From contig NIVC01001330.1 in assembly GCA_002269645.1 (NCBI GenBank), positions 248,001 through 312,000 of the forward strand: DNA of 64,000 nucleotides, read 5' to 3'. A model generated the notes under the pieces. It was not told the DNA's origin and ran no database searches. It saw only the letters and a list, made by a program, of their open reading frames with translations. Below are positions 27,283-41,700 of the stretch, one piece after another. A program made the position numbers and the translations under genes. The stretch comes from Macrostomum lignano (Eukaryota). Every line of letters begins with the position of its first letter. The stretch's first letter is position 1.

Positions 27283-30200
27283 TCACCATTTAATAGCCAT
27301 AGGGTTGATGATTTCAACTCGCTCCACTTCGTGATATTCGGTGTGCAGATAGTCGGCCCGCTGCTCCGGCGTCCACTGCTGCCAGGCTGACATCAGCGGC
27401 TCCGGCTCAGACAGGGGGTTCGCGATGGAAGGCAAGGAGCTGTACACAGCGGACACCGCCTGCAGCAGCTCGGCTGGGCTGGAAGCCTCCGGATCGGCTG
27501 GCCGCAGCTGACCGCCCCCGTTCAGGCAGCCTGCGGCAGATTGGAGTGAGTTCGGGTAGTTCAGAATAGGTTCGGGTAGTTCAGGATGGGTTTGGGTAGT
27601 TCAGGATGGGTTTGGGTAGTTCAGGATCGGTTCGGGTAGTTCAGAATGGGTTTGGGTAGTTCAGAATGGCTTTGGGTAGTTCAGAATGGGTTCGGGTAGT
27701 TCAGAATGGCTTTGGGTAGTTCAGGATGGGTTTGGGTAGTTCAGGATGGGTTTGGGTAGTTCAGGATGGGTTTGGGTAGTTCAGGATGGGTTCGGGTAGT
27801 TCAGGATCGGTTCGGGTAGTTCAGAATGGGTTTGGGTAGTTCAGGATCGGTTCGGGTAGTTCAGAATGGGTTTGGGTAGTTCAGGATGGGTTCGGGTAGT
27901 TCAGGATCGGTTCGGGTAGTTCAGAATGGGTTTGGGTAGTTCAGAATGGCTTTGGGTAGTTCAGAATGGGTTCGGGTAGTTCAGAATGGGTTTGGGTAGT
28001 TCAGAATGGGTTCGGGTAGTTCAGGATGGGTTTGGGTAGTTCAGGATCGGTTCGGGTAGTTCAGGATGGGTTTGGGTAGTTCAGGATCGGTTCGGGTAGT
28101 TCAGAATGGGTTCGGGTAGTTCAGAATGGCTTTGGGTAGTTCAGAATGGGTTCGGGTAGTTCAGAATGGGTTTGGGTAGTTCAGGATCGGTTCGGGTAGT
28201 TCAGAATGGGTTTGGGTAGTTCAGAATGGCTTTGGGTAGTTCAGAATGGGTTTGGGTAGTTCAGAATGGCTTTGGGTAGTTCAGAATGGGTTCGGGTAGT
28301 TCAGGATGGGTTTGGGTAGTTCAGGATCGGTTCGGGTAGTTCAGAATGGGTTCGGGTAGTTCAGAATGGCTTTGGGTAGTTCAGAATGGGTTCGGGTAGT
28401 TCAGAATGGGTTTGGGTAGTTCAGGATCGGTTCGGGTAGTTCAGAATGGGTTTGGGTAGTTCAGAATGGCTTTGGGTAGTTCAGAATGGGTTTGGGTAGT
28501 TCAGAATGGCTTTGGGTAGTTCAGAATGGGTTCGGGTAGTTCAGGATGGGTTTGGGTAGTTCAGGATCGGTTCGGGTAGTTCAGGATGGGTTTGAGTAGT
28601 TCAGGATCGGTTCGGGTAGTTCAGAATGGGTTCGGGTAGTTCAGAATGGGTTCGGGTAGTTCAGAATGGGTTCGGGTAGTTCAGGATTGGTTTGGGTAGT
28701 TCAGAATGGGTTCGAATAGATGGGTTTAGGTTTGGGTGCGGGTGAACCAATGTTTTCAACCCGTCAATCGGCCTCTTACCTGACGGACAGGCCATAATTT
28801 CCAGGAAATCGTATTTGCACTTCTTCCGTTTAATCTGCTGCACAATATTTTGGATGTTACGAAATCCATAGGCCAGGGCAAAGCGCAACTTCTTGTCAGG
28901 ATCAGACGGGCTGGTGACCTCGATTTCCTGGATGTCCTTGTTCCTGAAAGCAGAAAAAACAATGAAAACATTTTGCAGGCACTTTTAAGAAACTGGGAAT
29001 CTCACCTGAGATTACAGAGAAACTGGGAATCTCCCCTGAGATTACAAAGAAGTTAGGAATCTCACCTGAGATTATACAGAACTGGGAATTCCCCTGAGAT
29101 TATAAAGTTAGGAATCTCATCTGAGATTATACAGAAAATGGGAATCTCTCCTAGAATTACACAGAAACTGGGAATCTCACCTGACATTACACAGAAACTA
29201 GGAATCTCACCTAAGATTATACAGAAACTGAGAATCCCATATGAAAGCTCACTCGAAAAAACAGGTACAAACAAACAATTCTCACCTGAGCGAAGTGAGC
29301 TTCAACGGCAGTTCAGGCTGGGTCCCAAGTAGTCGCTGACTGGACAACCTCAGGACGCAGTCCAGGTACCCACCGGAGCCGCCGCCATCGTGGCTGATCA
29401 GGGGGTCGCCGAAACTGCAAAGTTGATATTTGAAAATTTGAAAAAATCAGTAATTAATCTGCCCAGAATGTACACAATACCTGCCAACCTTTTCCCCCCT
29501 AATTACCCAGCCGTCAATGCACACCCTACCTGGACAACCCAACCCTCCCCCTAATTAGCCAACCAAACCTCCCCCTAGTTAGCCAGCCAACCTTCCCCCT
29601 AATTACCCAGCCGTCAATGCACACCCTACCTGGACAACCCTCCCCCTAATTAGCCAACCAACCCTCCCCCTAATTAGCCAGCCGTCAATATAGACCCTAC
29701 CTGGCCAACCAACCCCCCTAATTAGCCAGCCATCAATGTACACTCTAACTGACCAAGCCTCCCACTAATTGATCAGACGTCAATGTACACCTAGCCAACA
29801 ACCCCTAAATGTACACACCATATGGACAACGCCCCATTTACATAAGAATAAATGTTGTCTCCTGTACAATCTACAACAGGTGCGTCATAAAAAACACAAT
29901 TTCATAAATTCTTATGATGAACTAACATTACTTAAAACCCAGACAAAAACAAAGATGTCTAAAAATAAAAAAGCATGAAATTAGCACCTTCGGTTAGGGA
30001 GCACAGCGGGCTTAATTAATAACTAATGACCAGATATTTCCTTGCACAGGAAAAATCGACTTTCCAAAAAATGATATTCGGCTTCAAAAACAGCCGAGCT
30101 CGAAATGCCTAGAATTTAGCCGCTAATGAGCAGTTCAAATATGAAGTTAACTAGTGCTCAAAGTAAGACACACTCAGATTTCATGTTCAATTTTCCTCAT

Positions 30201-33200
30201 TAGCAATGCCGAGTCAATAACTGATAATTAAATTAATGAGGCGCCTCTTTGACAGTCAGTCAGCAGGGAATCAGTCTGCTCAAATGCAAACTCTACAAGG
30301 TGGAGAATATTTAGAATTCATAGCTAGCTGCAAATGTGACATATTAGCCTACTGACACTAGCAGTATGGAAATATTTAATCTGTTTTTAATTTACACCAA
30401 GTATACGCATCACATCTACCTGGATGTTCCAAACCTAGATCCAACGCCCAAGACATGAGACCCCATTCAGACCCCATACTAGAGATCCCATCCAGATCTC
30501 ATACTAGATATTCCATCTAGATCCTACAACAGAGATCCCATACTAGAGATCCCATCCAGATCCCATACTAGAGATCCCATCCAGATCTCATACTAGAGAT
30601 CCTATCCAGATCCCATCCAGATCCTACAACAGAGATCCCATCCAGATCCCATACTAGAGATCCCATCCAGATCCTATACTGGAGATCCCATCCAGATCCT
30701 ATACTGGAGATCCCATCCAGATCCCATACTAGAGATCCCATACTAGATATTCCATCCAGATCCTATACACTAGAGATCCCACCCAGATCCCACACTAGAG
30801 ACCCCACACTCACTCCATATCTAAATCCTGTCCCGCGCTGGCCCACAGCGAGTCTGAGTCGTCTCCAATGGCCACCCCGTAAGCCTCGAGCAGCGAGTCC
30901 ATCTCCAAGGTGCTGAGAACCATGTCAACGTCTCTCTCGCCATCAGCATCGGCGAAGTCGTCTCTGCTGGCCTCCAGCTTCTTGTCGAAGCAGGGCATAA
31001 CAGTGAGGTGGTACACCGAGACGGCCTGGGTGTCCCCGTCCTCCTCGCTTCGCTTCCATTTGGCCGGGAGCCACCGCTTGACCAGCGCGCCCGATACCTA
31101 TGGGGTGGAGAGCGGTTGCGCTAAGAGATCCCATCATCCCACACTCCAAACCCACAGATCCCACACTCCAAATCAACAGATCCCACACTCCAAATCCACA
31201 GATCCCACACTCCAAACCCACAGATCCCACACTCCAAACCCACAGATCCCACACTCCAAATCAACAGATCCCACACTCCAAATCCACAGATCCCACACTC
31301 CAAACCCACAGATTCCACACTCCAAAGCCAAAGATCCCACACTCCAAACCCACAGATCCTATTATCCGACACTCCAAACCCACAGATCCCACACTCCAAA
31401 CCCACAGATCCCACACTCCAAACCCACAGATCCCACACTCCAAACCCACAGATCCCGCACTCCAAGCACACAGATCCCAAACTCTAAACCCACAGATCCC
31501 ACACTCAAAACCTAAAGATCCCACACTGCATTTTCTGATCCCACACTGCATTTTCTGATCTGACACTGCATTTTCTGATCCCACACTGCATTCCCAGATC
31601 ACACACTGCATTCCCAGATCCCACACTGCATTCCCAGTTCCCACACTGCATTCCCAGTTCCCACACTGCATTCCCAGATCCCACACTCCATTCCCAGATC
31701 CCACACTGCATTCTCAAATCCCACACTACATTCCCAGATCCCACACTGCATTCCCAGATCCCACACTCCAAACCCACAGATCCTATTATCCGACACTCCA
31801 AACCCACAGATCCCACACTCCAAACCCACAGATCCCACACTCCAAACCCACAGATCCCACACTCCAAACCCACAGATCCCGCACTCCAAGCACACAGATC
31901 CCAAACTCTAAACCCACAGATCCCACACTCAAAACCTAAAGATCCCACACTGCATTTTCTGATCCCACACTGCATTTTCTGATCTGACACTGCATTTTCT
32001 GATCCCACACTGCATTCCCAGATCACACACTGCATTCCCAGATCCCACACTGCATTCCCAGTTCCCACACTGCATTCCCAGTTCCCACACTGCATTCCCA
32101 GATCCCACACTCCATTCCCAGATCCCACACTGCATTCTCAAATCCCACACTACATTCCCAGATCCCACACTGCATTCCCAGATCCCACACTCCATTCCCA
32201 GATCCCACACTCCATTCTCAGATCCCACACTCCATTCCCAGATCACACACAGCATTCACAGATCCCACACTGCATTCCCAGATCCCACACTCCATTCCCA
32301 GATTCCAAACTCCATTCTCAGATCCCACACTCCATTCCCAGGTCCCACATACTATTCCCACATCCCACACTACACATCCAGCTGATCCCATACTCCATAT
32401 AACAATTTGCCACACTAAATTACAAGCGGACATATCTTTCATTATCAGACTCCAGACTAAAGACTAAAGAAGACCAACCTGTTGCGGAGAGCGAACCCTT
32501 GACACCAGAGGCAGCAGTGCCGGGTGAGTCTTCTCAGCATAGCAGATCCAACCGGGACACGCCGAGGCCAGCATTGGCAGGCGCTTCTCAAGACCATCAT
32601 CTCCCCGCCGCTGCCACCTGTCACAGAACTCCTCAGCCATCTCAGCCAGGCACAAGCTCCTAGCAGACGAGCTGTTCAGCACAGTCCTGGCGCCGAGACG
32701 GAGTTTTAAAAATGCGGCTAGTCGGCGAAAGCATTCGGCGAAACCGCCATTGACTTGGTGACGGGCAGCCAGACTTGAGCAGGACTGAGGCGAGATGGTC
32801 ACCACCAAAGCTTTGGAAGCTGCTGGCAGGGTAGGCAGAACCGACAACAACGCTGTGTGGCTTTGTTGCTCAACCAGCACAGCCTCCGCTGAGGTCACGC
32901 AACCACTGCAGGCGAGACAATCAGCCAGGGTGATCTCAGCCTTCGGCAGCTGGTACTCCTTGCCATCCTCAGTGACCCCCGTGTACTGCCCATCCTCTCC
33001 GATGCGGATGCGGGCAGTGCGACCCACGCTCTTGTCAACTCTGACTGGCTTAATGCATTCCTGCGATGGTGGGGTTTAGTGGGTTGGTGATTTGAGATAG
33101 GAGGGCCATGGGCACCTTGGTGTATTTGAATTGACATTGTCACACAACTGACAAGAAGCATTATGACCTATTTTGCCAACTCTCATTGAGGAAGCACTCA

Positions 33201-35185
33201 TAGGCCTATATACACAAAGAAGTGTACAGTGACCCTAACTTATTGTTGGGCATATGCACTACATTGCGCCTTGGGGTTTGGCCTTTAAAATGGAGGGGGT
33301 AAGTAAAAATCACAATTCCAAAAAGTGCTTTCTAGCATAAATCCAAAATAACACAAAATCAAATACATTGATTGGCATAATTTCATTAGGGACATTTGTG
33401 TCTAGGTACTCATTGACCATCCAATTGAACTAGGAGGCTCTAATAGAAAGGTCAAAATAGATAAGTCCTATTTTAAGTAAATTAACATTTTTTCAGGGTG
33501 CATATAAGCCTAGCCAATAAGTGCTAAGAATGGTAAAATATAGTACTTAGAAATGCATGATGGTGCCAGTTAAGGATCAAACCATATGCTTTTCAAGTTG
33601 TATATTAAAGAATTCCTATAGTGCAAGATGTACCTAGAAAATGCACTTAGTAATTATCATATTAGACTTGTAAATATACTTAACTAATAAGTTATTAGAC
33701 TTAGCTCAAACTTGACATCTTGTTCAATGTTTATTAGTTTATTTCTAGTTATGTTTTATTATTAGAAATGAATTTGTACATGGATTTGAGTTTAGTAAAT
33801 AATTTCTAAAGATTACAAAAGTTGCACACATAAAGGGCCTGTCAACTTAAGCTCAAAGTAAAGCCCAAGCAACCTAGATATACAAATAATATGCTATTCT
33901 GCTTATGGTGATACCAAGAAGCTAGCTTTAAAAAATCAAACTTGGGATAGGGAATAACAATTGCAAGTGAGATAATTAGGTCTATTTTATGAGCTTTATG
34001 TGATAATATAATAAAGGAGGAAAGAGATGAGATTGTAGAGATGAGAGAGATGAAAGGAAAGATGAGAGAGTAGAGATGAGAGATGAAGGAAGAGAAAGCA
34101 GAGTGCAGAGAGATGAGAGAAGAGAATAGAAAAGAGAGAGTATAGAAGAGAGAAGAGAAGAGAGGAGTAAGGAAAGAGAGGAGTCAGAAGAAGGGAATGA
34201 AATATTTTTCTCATCTCTACAATCTCATCTCTTTCCTCTCCTTTATTATATTATCACATAAAGCTCATAAAATAGACCTAATTATCTCACTTGTAATTGT
34301 TATTCCCTATAGTATATACATTACCAGCTAGTTGCACATTCAAGTTGGGTTTGTGTATTCTGATATACAAGGGCTTTTCAATCTTCCAAATATACTATCT
34401 TTCTATATACTAAATCTTTAAATTTAAAAGAAATTTACATTATTAAGATACAAAACAACTTTTAGTAATTCTGCTTCATTTTGTTGATGAATTCTTTCAG
34501 CTTGTTTTAACTGTTGATGAATTTGACTTCCTCCAATTTCTCATATTTTAGGTCTGTTGACAAATTAGATGTTGACAAATTTGGTAAAGCGCAATATTTT
34601 GCATAGTATCCTAGCCCAGCTAACAATATCAATGCTTGCTTCAAATCCTCATTTTACATGAATGTACACTATTTTATGTTTAACTTTATCCTAACTATTA
34701 ACAAGTTTTTGTTTGAGTTTGACCTTAGATTTTAGAATATATACAAAAAAAATTCTAGGGAATGGAGTTCCCTGGGTTTAAAATCAGCGGGTTTCCATAG
34801 CTTATAGCCTTTAAACAAAATTATTATTTTATTTTTTTATAATTTGCTTTCCTTAAATTATATTAATTAGGGGGCCTAGGCCTTAATAGATCTTAGACCT
34901 AGGCAAAATTGCCTTATTCAATAGACCTTTGTTGAAAAGAATGACATTATTATTACCTGACCATACTATTATTAGAAGGACTATAAAGCCTACTAATCAG
35001 GCCTAATTGATTCATTTGAATTTTTTTAAATACCTGGTATAAAAGGTAAAATAGGCCTATTAAAGCCAATGTCATTGATTAAGCCAAGGTATATTATTCT
35101 TTATTATCATGCAACATACCTGGGAAGGTGTTATAAAATCATTTAAGTCTGTCAGTCGAACTACAGAATTCAATGAGTTACTCAT
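27283..35185 (-). CDS. CIAO3: Cytosolic Fe-S cluster assembly factor NARFL/CIAO3 (Nar1, iron-only hydrogenase-like), 6 exons
   Basis: Minus-strand exons: 35185-35120 (MSNSLNSVVRLTDLNDFITPSQ), 33060-32479 (ECIKPV...LADCLACSGCVTSAE...SACPGWICYAEK...SPQQ), 31097-30814 (YHLTVMPCFDKKLEASR), 29414-29286 (GGGSGGY), 28943-28780 (FALAYGFRNIQN...EIMACPS), 27530-27283 (GCLNGGGQL...IKW*). All are GT-AG with consistent phases. Confidence 0.95.
27545..28715. repeat. 20-bp minisatellite (ttcgggtagttcagaatggg), ~58 copies, filling NARFL intron 5
   Basis: Direct tandem repeats. Confidence 0.95.
28990..29240. repeat. ~30-bp minisatellite, ~8 copies, NARFL intron 4
   Basis: Unit aactgggaatctcacctgagattacagaga. 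Confidence 0.85.
30460..30805. repeat. agatcccat-based short tandem repeat, NARFL intron 3
   Basis: Repeats agatcccatcc / agatcccatactag. Confidence 0.85.
31125..32390. repeat. Compound 22-bp/20-bp minisatellite (cagatcccacact...) with an internal 424-bp duplication, NARFL intron 2
   Basis: Unique markers tcctattatccgac at 31357 and 31781 and acactcaaaacc at 31501 and 31925 are both offset by 424 bp. Confidence 0.9.
33950..34307. mobile_element. Fold-back MITE with ~97-bp TIRs and TA target duplication (Tc1/mariner/pogo-like), NARFL intron 1
   Basis: 33950-34046 is the reverse complement of 34209-34307 (1 mismatch, one 2-nt indel); TA on both flanks (33948-49, 34308-09); purine-rich spacer. 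Confidence 0.8.
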
Positions 35186-35790
35186 TTTACAGATAGTTTT
35201 GCTTTTGGATTCTAGTTATATTAAAATAAAATGAATATTAATTTCAAGACTGAATTTTGCTTTTCACCAGTTTATGGGGAAAAACACAATTAGAACTTAG
35301 AAGGTAAGTGCTTTCTCAAAGCTTGAAATTAGAACTCGACAGACGGGTAAAATTTTGTGATAGTAACAAAACGAATAAGTTTTTATGAGTCAGTTATCAA
35401 TAAAATTAATAGTATATTGTCTCCTTTTAAATCAATCTTGTCAAGCACGATGTCTGCTATTTAAAAAAATTATCTTTGCCGGGTTGCTGTTTTCCAAAAG
35501 AGTAAAGCTTAACAAAACGTTAGCTTAAGATGTTAAAAGAAACTATAAACAAGTTATTTCGGCAGAGCATGTATAAGTAATTAAGTTGTTTTCTTACAGT
35601 AAAAATATTAAATTTTGCTATTGGTTACAACTAGCTGTAAAGCAAAATGAGAGATTTCAACTTTTGTTTATTTAGCATTTTTGAGGAAGAGTAACTTATT
35701 TCCTTGTTCGTCAGTTAATACCTGTAGGAGTTCGTTTTATACTGTTTCAAAGTAGCTACTTTTCGTCTGCTGTGTGGATCAAATACAAAA
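35186..35790. promoter_or_regulatory. Putative bidirectional promoter region between NARFL and PCF11
   Basis: Divergent start codons at 35185 (-) and 35791 (+), 605 bp apart; promoter function is inferred. Confidence 0.55.
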
Positions 35791-38700
35791 ATGCTGGCTT
35801 CTCAAGGCATTGAGAAGGAGCAGAACTCGGCGGTCTCTGTCGACGAACTGCTGGTGGATTTCGAAAAGACTTTAATCGACACTCTGAAGGCGCCAGAAAA
35901 GAATGTGATCGGGAACCTGACCGGGATGGTGGACGGCTACCTCAGTCGTAAAGATAGCGCCGCTATCTGTCCTCGTATCTGCAAGATCATTGAGCGAAGA
36001 TTAAATGAAGTAAGTTTCTATATTTTTTTGTTTAGGCCACCAAGTGAATCAAAACTATCTTAGTTGTAGGCCTAATTCTTTTGCTCGAACTCAAACCTAT
36101 TATTGCAAAGGCGCAAATCGTTGTTACTCTGTTGTTCGTAAAGTTTTATTTCTGATTGGCATAACTGACGTTTCGGCTCTTTCTTCATGCTTCAATTCAG
36201 TGTTAAACCACAAACGATTTTAGTAGAGTTGTGTACTTTCTGACTACTTACTTTCAGTAGCAGTAGCGAGCATTTAGCACGTATTTTTGCCTAATTTTTT
36301 CTTAACCTAAGGCTAAACATCCCACTCTCTCACTAATTTCAGGTGCAAGTTAACAGGAAGCTGGCTCACCTCTACTTGATGGATTCCATTGTAAAGAACT
36401 TCAAGACCTCCCAATACCCGAAGCTGTTCGGCGCCAACCTGGTGCAGAACTTCGCCAACGTGTTTCGCAAAGGCGACGAAAAGATGCGCAAGAAATTGTT
36501 CGAGCTGCGAAAAACTTGGCCAGAGCATTTCAGCCAGTCGGTGTTGCATAGCTTGGACCTAGCGGTGCGGGAGATTGATCCCGCTTGGCCCATCCTGGCC
36601 CCTCAGCCGCCGGAGCAGCAGCAGCAGAATGGCAGCAATGTGGTTGGTGTTGCACGCAAGCGCTGCCACTCACCGGATTCTCCAGACTCCACCACCAGCC
36701 AGCAGCAGCAGCAGCAGCATGGGTTAGGCGAGTCCAGCAGTCGAAAGCGATTGTCGGTGGCCAACCCGCAGGCCGCAGCCAGCGGCGGCGGCGACTTTGT
36801 CATCGACACGGTCGGCGACCCGAAAGCGGCGGAGTCTGTTGCTACGGGAGTCCGACAGGGCAGGCACAGCCAGCCGCAGCAGCAGGCCGCTAATGATGTG
36901 GACATGCGCAGAGGCTGGAGCCAGTACAGGCGGAGGCACAGCGACCAGTTTGCTGCGGCAGCTTCTGATGTTGATATGCGCCAATTCCAGACAGTAAGTT
37001 GCACCCCAAAGCTGCGCGAGGGTGCCGTCCACCGGCTCAGGTCTGCACACACAAAGTATATCGGTACCTGCATTTTGTCTTTCTTATCCTCTAGTCAGAG
37101 CTTTAGCGTTTCCAATTCAAGTCTTGAAGTCCTCGCAAAAATTTGCATTCATTTATTTATATATTATAATTTTTACACCAAAGTCAACAAAATACAAGCA
37201 AAGCAAATGATGTGCATCTTATTGTTTGCAGATTACTGCTATTATTGTACTTTTTTTTATTTTTGACTCTAGTGAATGAAAAGAAAATACAAAAAAGCGT
37301 GTCTGATGTTCCTTACAGTTCCTACTTCCATTGTTAACCCGTAAACTGTTTGAATAACGCTTCACTTTTCATTATACTGTTCCGTGTTTCTGTTTCATAT
37401 TTGTCTGCTTGAAGAATTAAAAAAAAGCAAATTCGACTGACCAAACTGAATTAATAACTACATGTGCATGGAACAGAGGATGTGTCACTGCCAACAACGA
37501 TATTAAAAAATGCACAATAATAATAAAGCATGCAGTGACAGTGTCGGCACTCTAATTCTGTTCCACTGTTTGCCTTTGTTTTTACTTCTAAACTGTTCAG
37601 AAGAGACATTTAAATACTGTAGATATATATCAGTGTCAAAGCTATTTAGCTAAAGGATTAATGTTTTAAAGTTCAAGACTGAACTAGATAAAATTTTGTT
37701 GCTTTTTTCATTCTAATCGATTATTGTATTATATTGAATCGTTGATAATCATTTTACCTGTCTACTTACTTTGTACTGTATGCAACTGTTACTCTGAGAC
37801 ACACTGTGCTCCTAAGAAGTTCACTAACTTGTCTGAATCTCTGTTTTTTTCTATCTGTCGTTTAATCGTTAAAATGTTATTGATTTCATGGCGTTCGAAA
37901 TTGGAATCGTTCTTAAGTTTAGGATCGAGATTCGAATCTTTTACGACAATTAGTAACTTTATTATCACCGATGGGTCTCGTTCTTAGACTCCACAAAGTT
38001 AAGTCTCAATTCAGGGATTCGTCCTCAGTCTAGGTTTTATTTAGGAAACTAAAATTTAGGATTAATTTAGAACTTACCAAAAAGGCTTTGACTCATTAGA
38101 AAGATTAGGGTTTAGGAATCGCCTTTAGTGTTTCGCTCATTTAGGAAGCTAAAATTAGGTTATAAGAATCGTCTTTAGTGTTCCACTCCATAGGAAACTA
38201 AAATTAGGTTATAAGAATCGTCTTTAGTGTTCCACTCCATAGGAAACTAAAATTAGGATTTAAGAATCGCGCTTAGTGTTCCACTCCATAGGAAACTAAA
38301 ATTAGGATTTAGGAGAAATCGCCCTTAGTGTTTCATTCCATAGGAAACTAAAATTAGGATTTAGGAGAAATCGCCCTTAGTGTTTCATTCCATAGGAAAC
38401 TAAAATTAGGATTTAGGAGAAATCGCCCTTAGTGTTTCATTCATTAAGTAATTAAAATTAAAAAATTAGGAAATCAAAGACTAGGGGCGATTCCTTAGCT
38501 AGGATTTAGGAATCACCCTTAGTCTTTGACTCCTTTATAGGAAACTAAAACTAGGATTTAGGAATCTTCCTTATTTAGGAACCTCCCCTAATTATTAGGA
38601 AACTAAAATTAGGCTTTAGGAATCGCCCTCAGTCTTGAATTACTAGGAAAATAAAATTAGAAATCACTCCCTCAGTTTCGGGATGATTTGGAAACTAAAC

Positions 38701-41700
38701 ATTTAATAAAAATCTGCCCTACTTTGTTTCGAGCTGATGAAGTTTGTATCTAATTCTCTGTTTTTTTAAACTGAATGGCCATCCACTTGAGTCTTTGTCA
38801 CAAAACCGCACACTTCACACCGAAGGCCCCCAGCCCTCTCCCTTGTATCGCCGCTCACGATTTCAATCTCCCGTCAACTCTCGCGCAGGAGGCCGCCAGC
38901 GGACCGGCCGAAAGTCGAGAGATGATGGAGCAACAGGCTGCGCAAATCCGGCGGATGCTGGCGGCTGGCGGACTCAAACCCGAGATGCGTCAGCAGTTAA
39001 CTGGCTGTTTGAGAACACTCGAGGCCGAGTTCGCTGCCGCAGCCCCTGTTGCTCAACAGAAACCCTGCCAGCAATCGACTTCTTCTTCTAGCAGCAGCAG
39101 TAGTCAGATTCCTCAGCATGTTGACAGTCTGCTTGACGCCCTGCTGGGGCAACAGGCTTCTGACAGTTGCCAGCCGCTGCCGCCACCGCAATCGATGCCT
39201 CCGCCAGGCCGTCAGCACCAGCAGAGTCGCGTCCGGCCTGAGCCAGTCTTCAAAGACCTGTTTCGCTGGCGGGTCAATGTGCCCGACATGCCGGAGTTTC
39301 CTCAGATTGGCTGCGATCCGAGGCTGCTCGCTCCGCTAAGAGACCGCTTTGAGGCAACTAAAAATATCCAGATTGATGGAGAGATTCGCCAGGTGAGGGA
39401 GGAGCTAAACCTGGGCTGATGCAAATTTAAACCATATGGCTAGCGCCTTTTAAAATTTTATTTTCGAGAATAACAACACAGAGAATCTCCCCTTTGACTA
39501 CCACAAGAGTTGGATCTTTAACTACCACAAGAATCGCCTCTTTGATTACCTTAAGAATCGCTCTTAGACTACCTTAAGAATCGCCCCTAGACTACCACAA
39601 AAATCGCCCCTAGACTACCACAAGAATCGCCCTAGACTACCACAAGAATCGCCCCTAGACTACCACAAGAATCGCCCCTAGACTACCACAAGAATCGCTC
39701 CTAGACTACCTAAAGAATCGCCTTCAAACGACAAGAATCCAATCCAAGTGTCTAGCAATCGCCCATGGACTCATACTTCACAGCCCTATCCCTTGAGCTA
39801 TCCCTACACCCCATCTCACCCCTCCAGGTGGTGCTGGACCGCATCCAGCCTCTGCTCATACTGGACGAGCAGCCGCGAGCCCTTCGCTTCAAAATGCCGC
39901 CAGGCGGCAGGATTCTGCTCAGAGTGGACTCCCATCAGCCTGTTGAGCTGCGCATCAACTCCTGCACCAAGGTGCTGTTTAACCTTCGGCCGCACATGGT
40001 CTGTCTTGGCGGCCCATTTCACGAGCTCATTGTGCACGGCCGGCCGTTCAATGTGCAGTTCAACGACCCCAACCCGAAGACCATCACTCTCGGACACGGC
40101 GCCAGCGGCCAGTTCTCTGTCCGCCTACAGGCCCTGCTGTCCAATGGCCGGCCGGTCACTCCATCCTTGGACATCTGTCCGACTATTCCCAGATCTGTGC
40201 TGCGCTGGGCTACCGACGGCGCATTCGGCAGTCCGCAGCATTTGCACCTGCCGCCTTTGAATCCTGAGGTGCAGATGCAGCAGAAGGCCCAGCAGCAGCA
40301 GCAGCAACAACAGCAGGTGCCTCAGGGACCGCCGCAGCCACCGCAGCAGCCTCCGGAAGCACCTCAGCAGCCGCAGCAGAAGCCAGCAACAGTAGTGGAA
40401 CTATTCGAAAATCTGGTCAAATTTGGCATCATCAAGAAGACAGACGCTGCGAATGCTCCGGAGCCCGATCTGACCAGCTTTGAAGGCATCGACAGGCCGC
40501 TGCCAATGATCACTAAGCGTCTGTACGAGGGCTACCAGTGCCCGCAGTGCGGTCTGCGCTTCAACAGCGAAGAGGCCCCGGAGTGCCGCGATCATCTCGA
40601 CTGGCACTATCAGCGTCGCGCCGCCCTGTTCGGCGTCACCATTCGGTCTAGAAATTGGTTTCCGCACTGGACTGCCCTCGTCAAAGGCGAGGACCCCGTT
40701 GAGGCCGCCGCCGCTGCTGCCGCCGCCGCTGCAGCCGCTGCCGCCGCTGCGAAAGCCGCCGCCGCCGCGGCCAATAAAAACCGATCGGCCAAGTCTGGCG
40801 GCAGGGGGGCCGCTGCCGGTGGCTCGCTCGACTTTATGGCGAGAAAGGTGGGTTGGGAACGAGGATTAGAGAGATCGACGACTGCATTGGATTCGAGGAT
40901 TAAGGATTAGGCTTAAAGGATTAAGGATTAGGATTCAAAGATTAGGAATCAAGGATTAAGGATTGGTATTCGAGGATTAAGAATTAGGATTCGAGGATTA
41001 AGAATTAGGATTCGAGGATTAAGGATTGGGATTCGAGGATTAAGGATTGGGATTCGAGGATTAAGGATTAGGATTCGAGGATTACGGATTAGAATTCGAG
41101 GATTAAGGATTAGGATTCGAGGATTAAGGATTAGGATTCGAGGATTAAGAATTAGGATTCGAGGATTAAGAATTAGGATTCGAGGATTAATGATTGTCAT
41201 TGATTGGGATTCGAGGATTAAGGATTGGGATTCGAGGATTAAGGATTAGGATTCGAGGATTACGGATTAGAATTCGAGGATTAGGAATCGAGGATTAAGG
41301 ATTAGGATTCGAGGATTAAAGATTGGGATTTGAAGATTAAGGATTAGGATTCGAGGATTAGGAATCCAGGATTAAGTTTAGGATTTAGGAATCGAGGATC
41401 AAGGATTAAGATTCGAGGATTAGGAATCGAGGATTAAGGATAAAGATTCGAGGATTAGGAATCGAGGATTAAGGATAAAGATTCGAGGATTAGGAATCGA
41501 GGATTAAGGATTAAGATTCGAGGATTAGGAATCGAGGATCAAGGATTAAGATTCGAGGATTAGGAATCGAGGATTAAGGATAAAGATTCGAGGATTAGGA
41601 ATCGAGGATTAAGGATAAAGATTCGAGGATTAGGAATCGAGGATTAAGGATAAAGATTCGAGGATTAGGAATCGAGAATTAAGGATTGGGATTCGAGAAT

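Noticed and set aside
16975-28715. Regular repeat arrays as CRISPR loci
   Set aside because: Units are head-to-tail with no unique spacers, the context is eukaryotic, and there are no cas genes
40870-41700. Interstitial telomeric repeat
   Set aside because: TTAGG occurs only as part of a 21/35-bp unit; there are no pure (TTAGG)n or (TTAGGG)n runs
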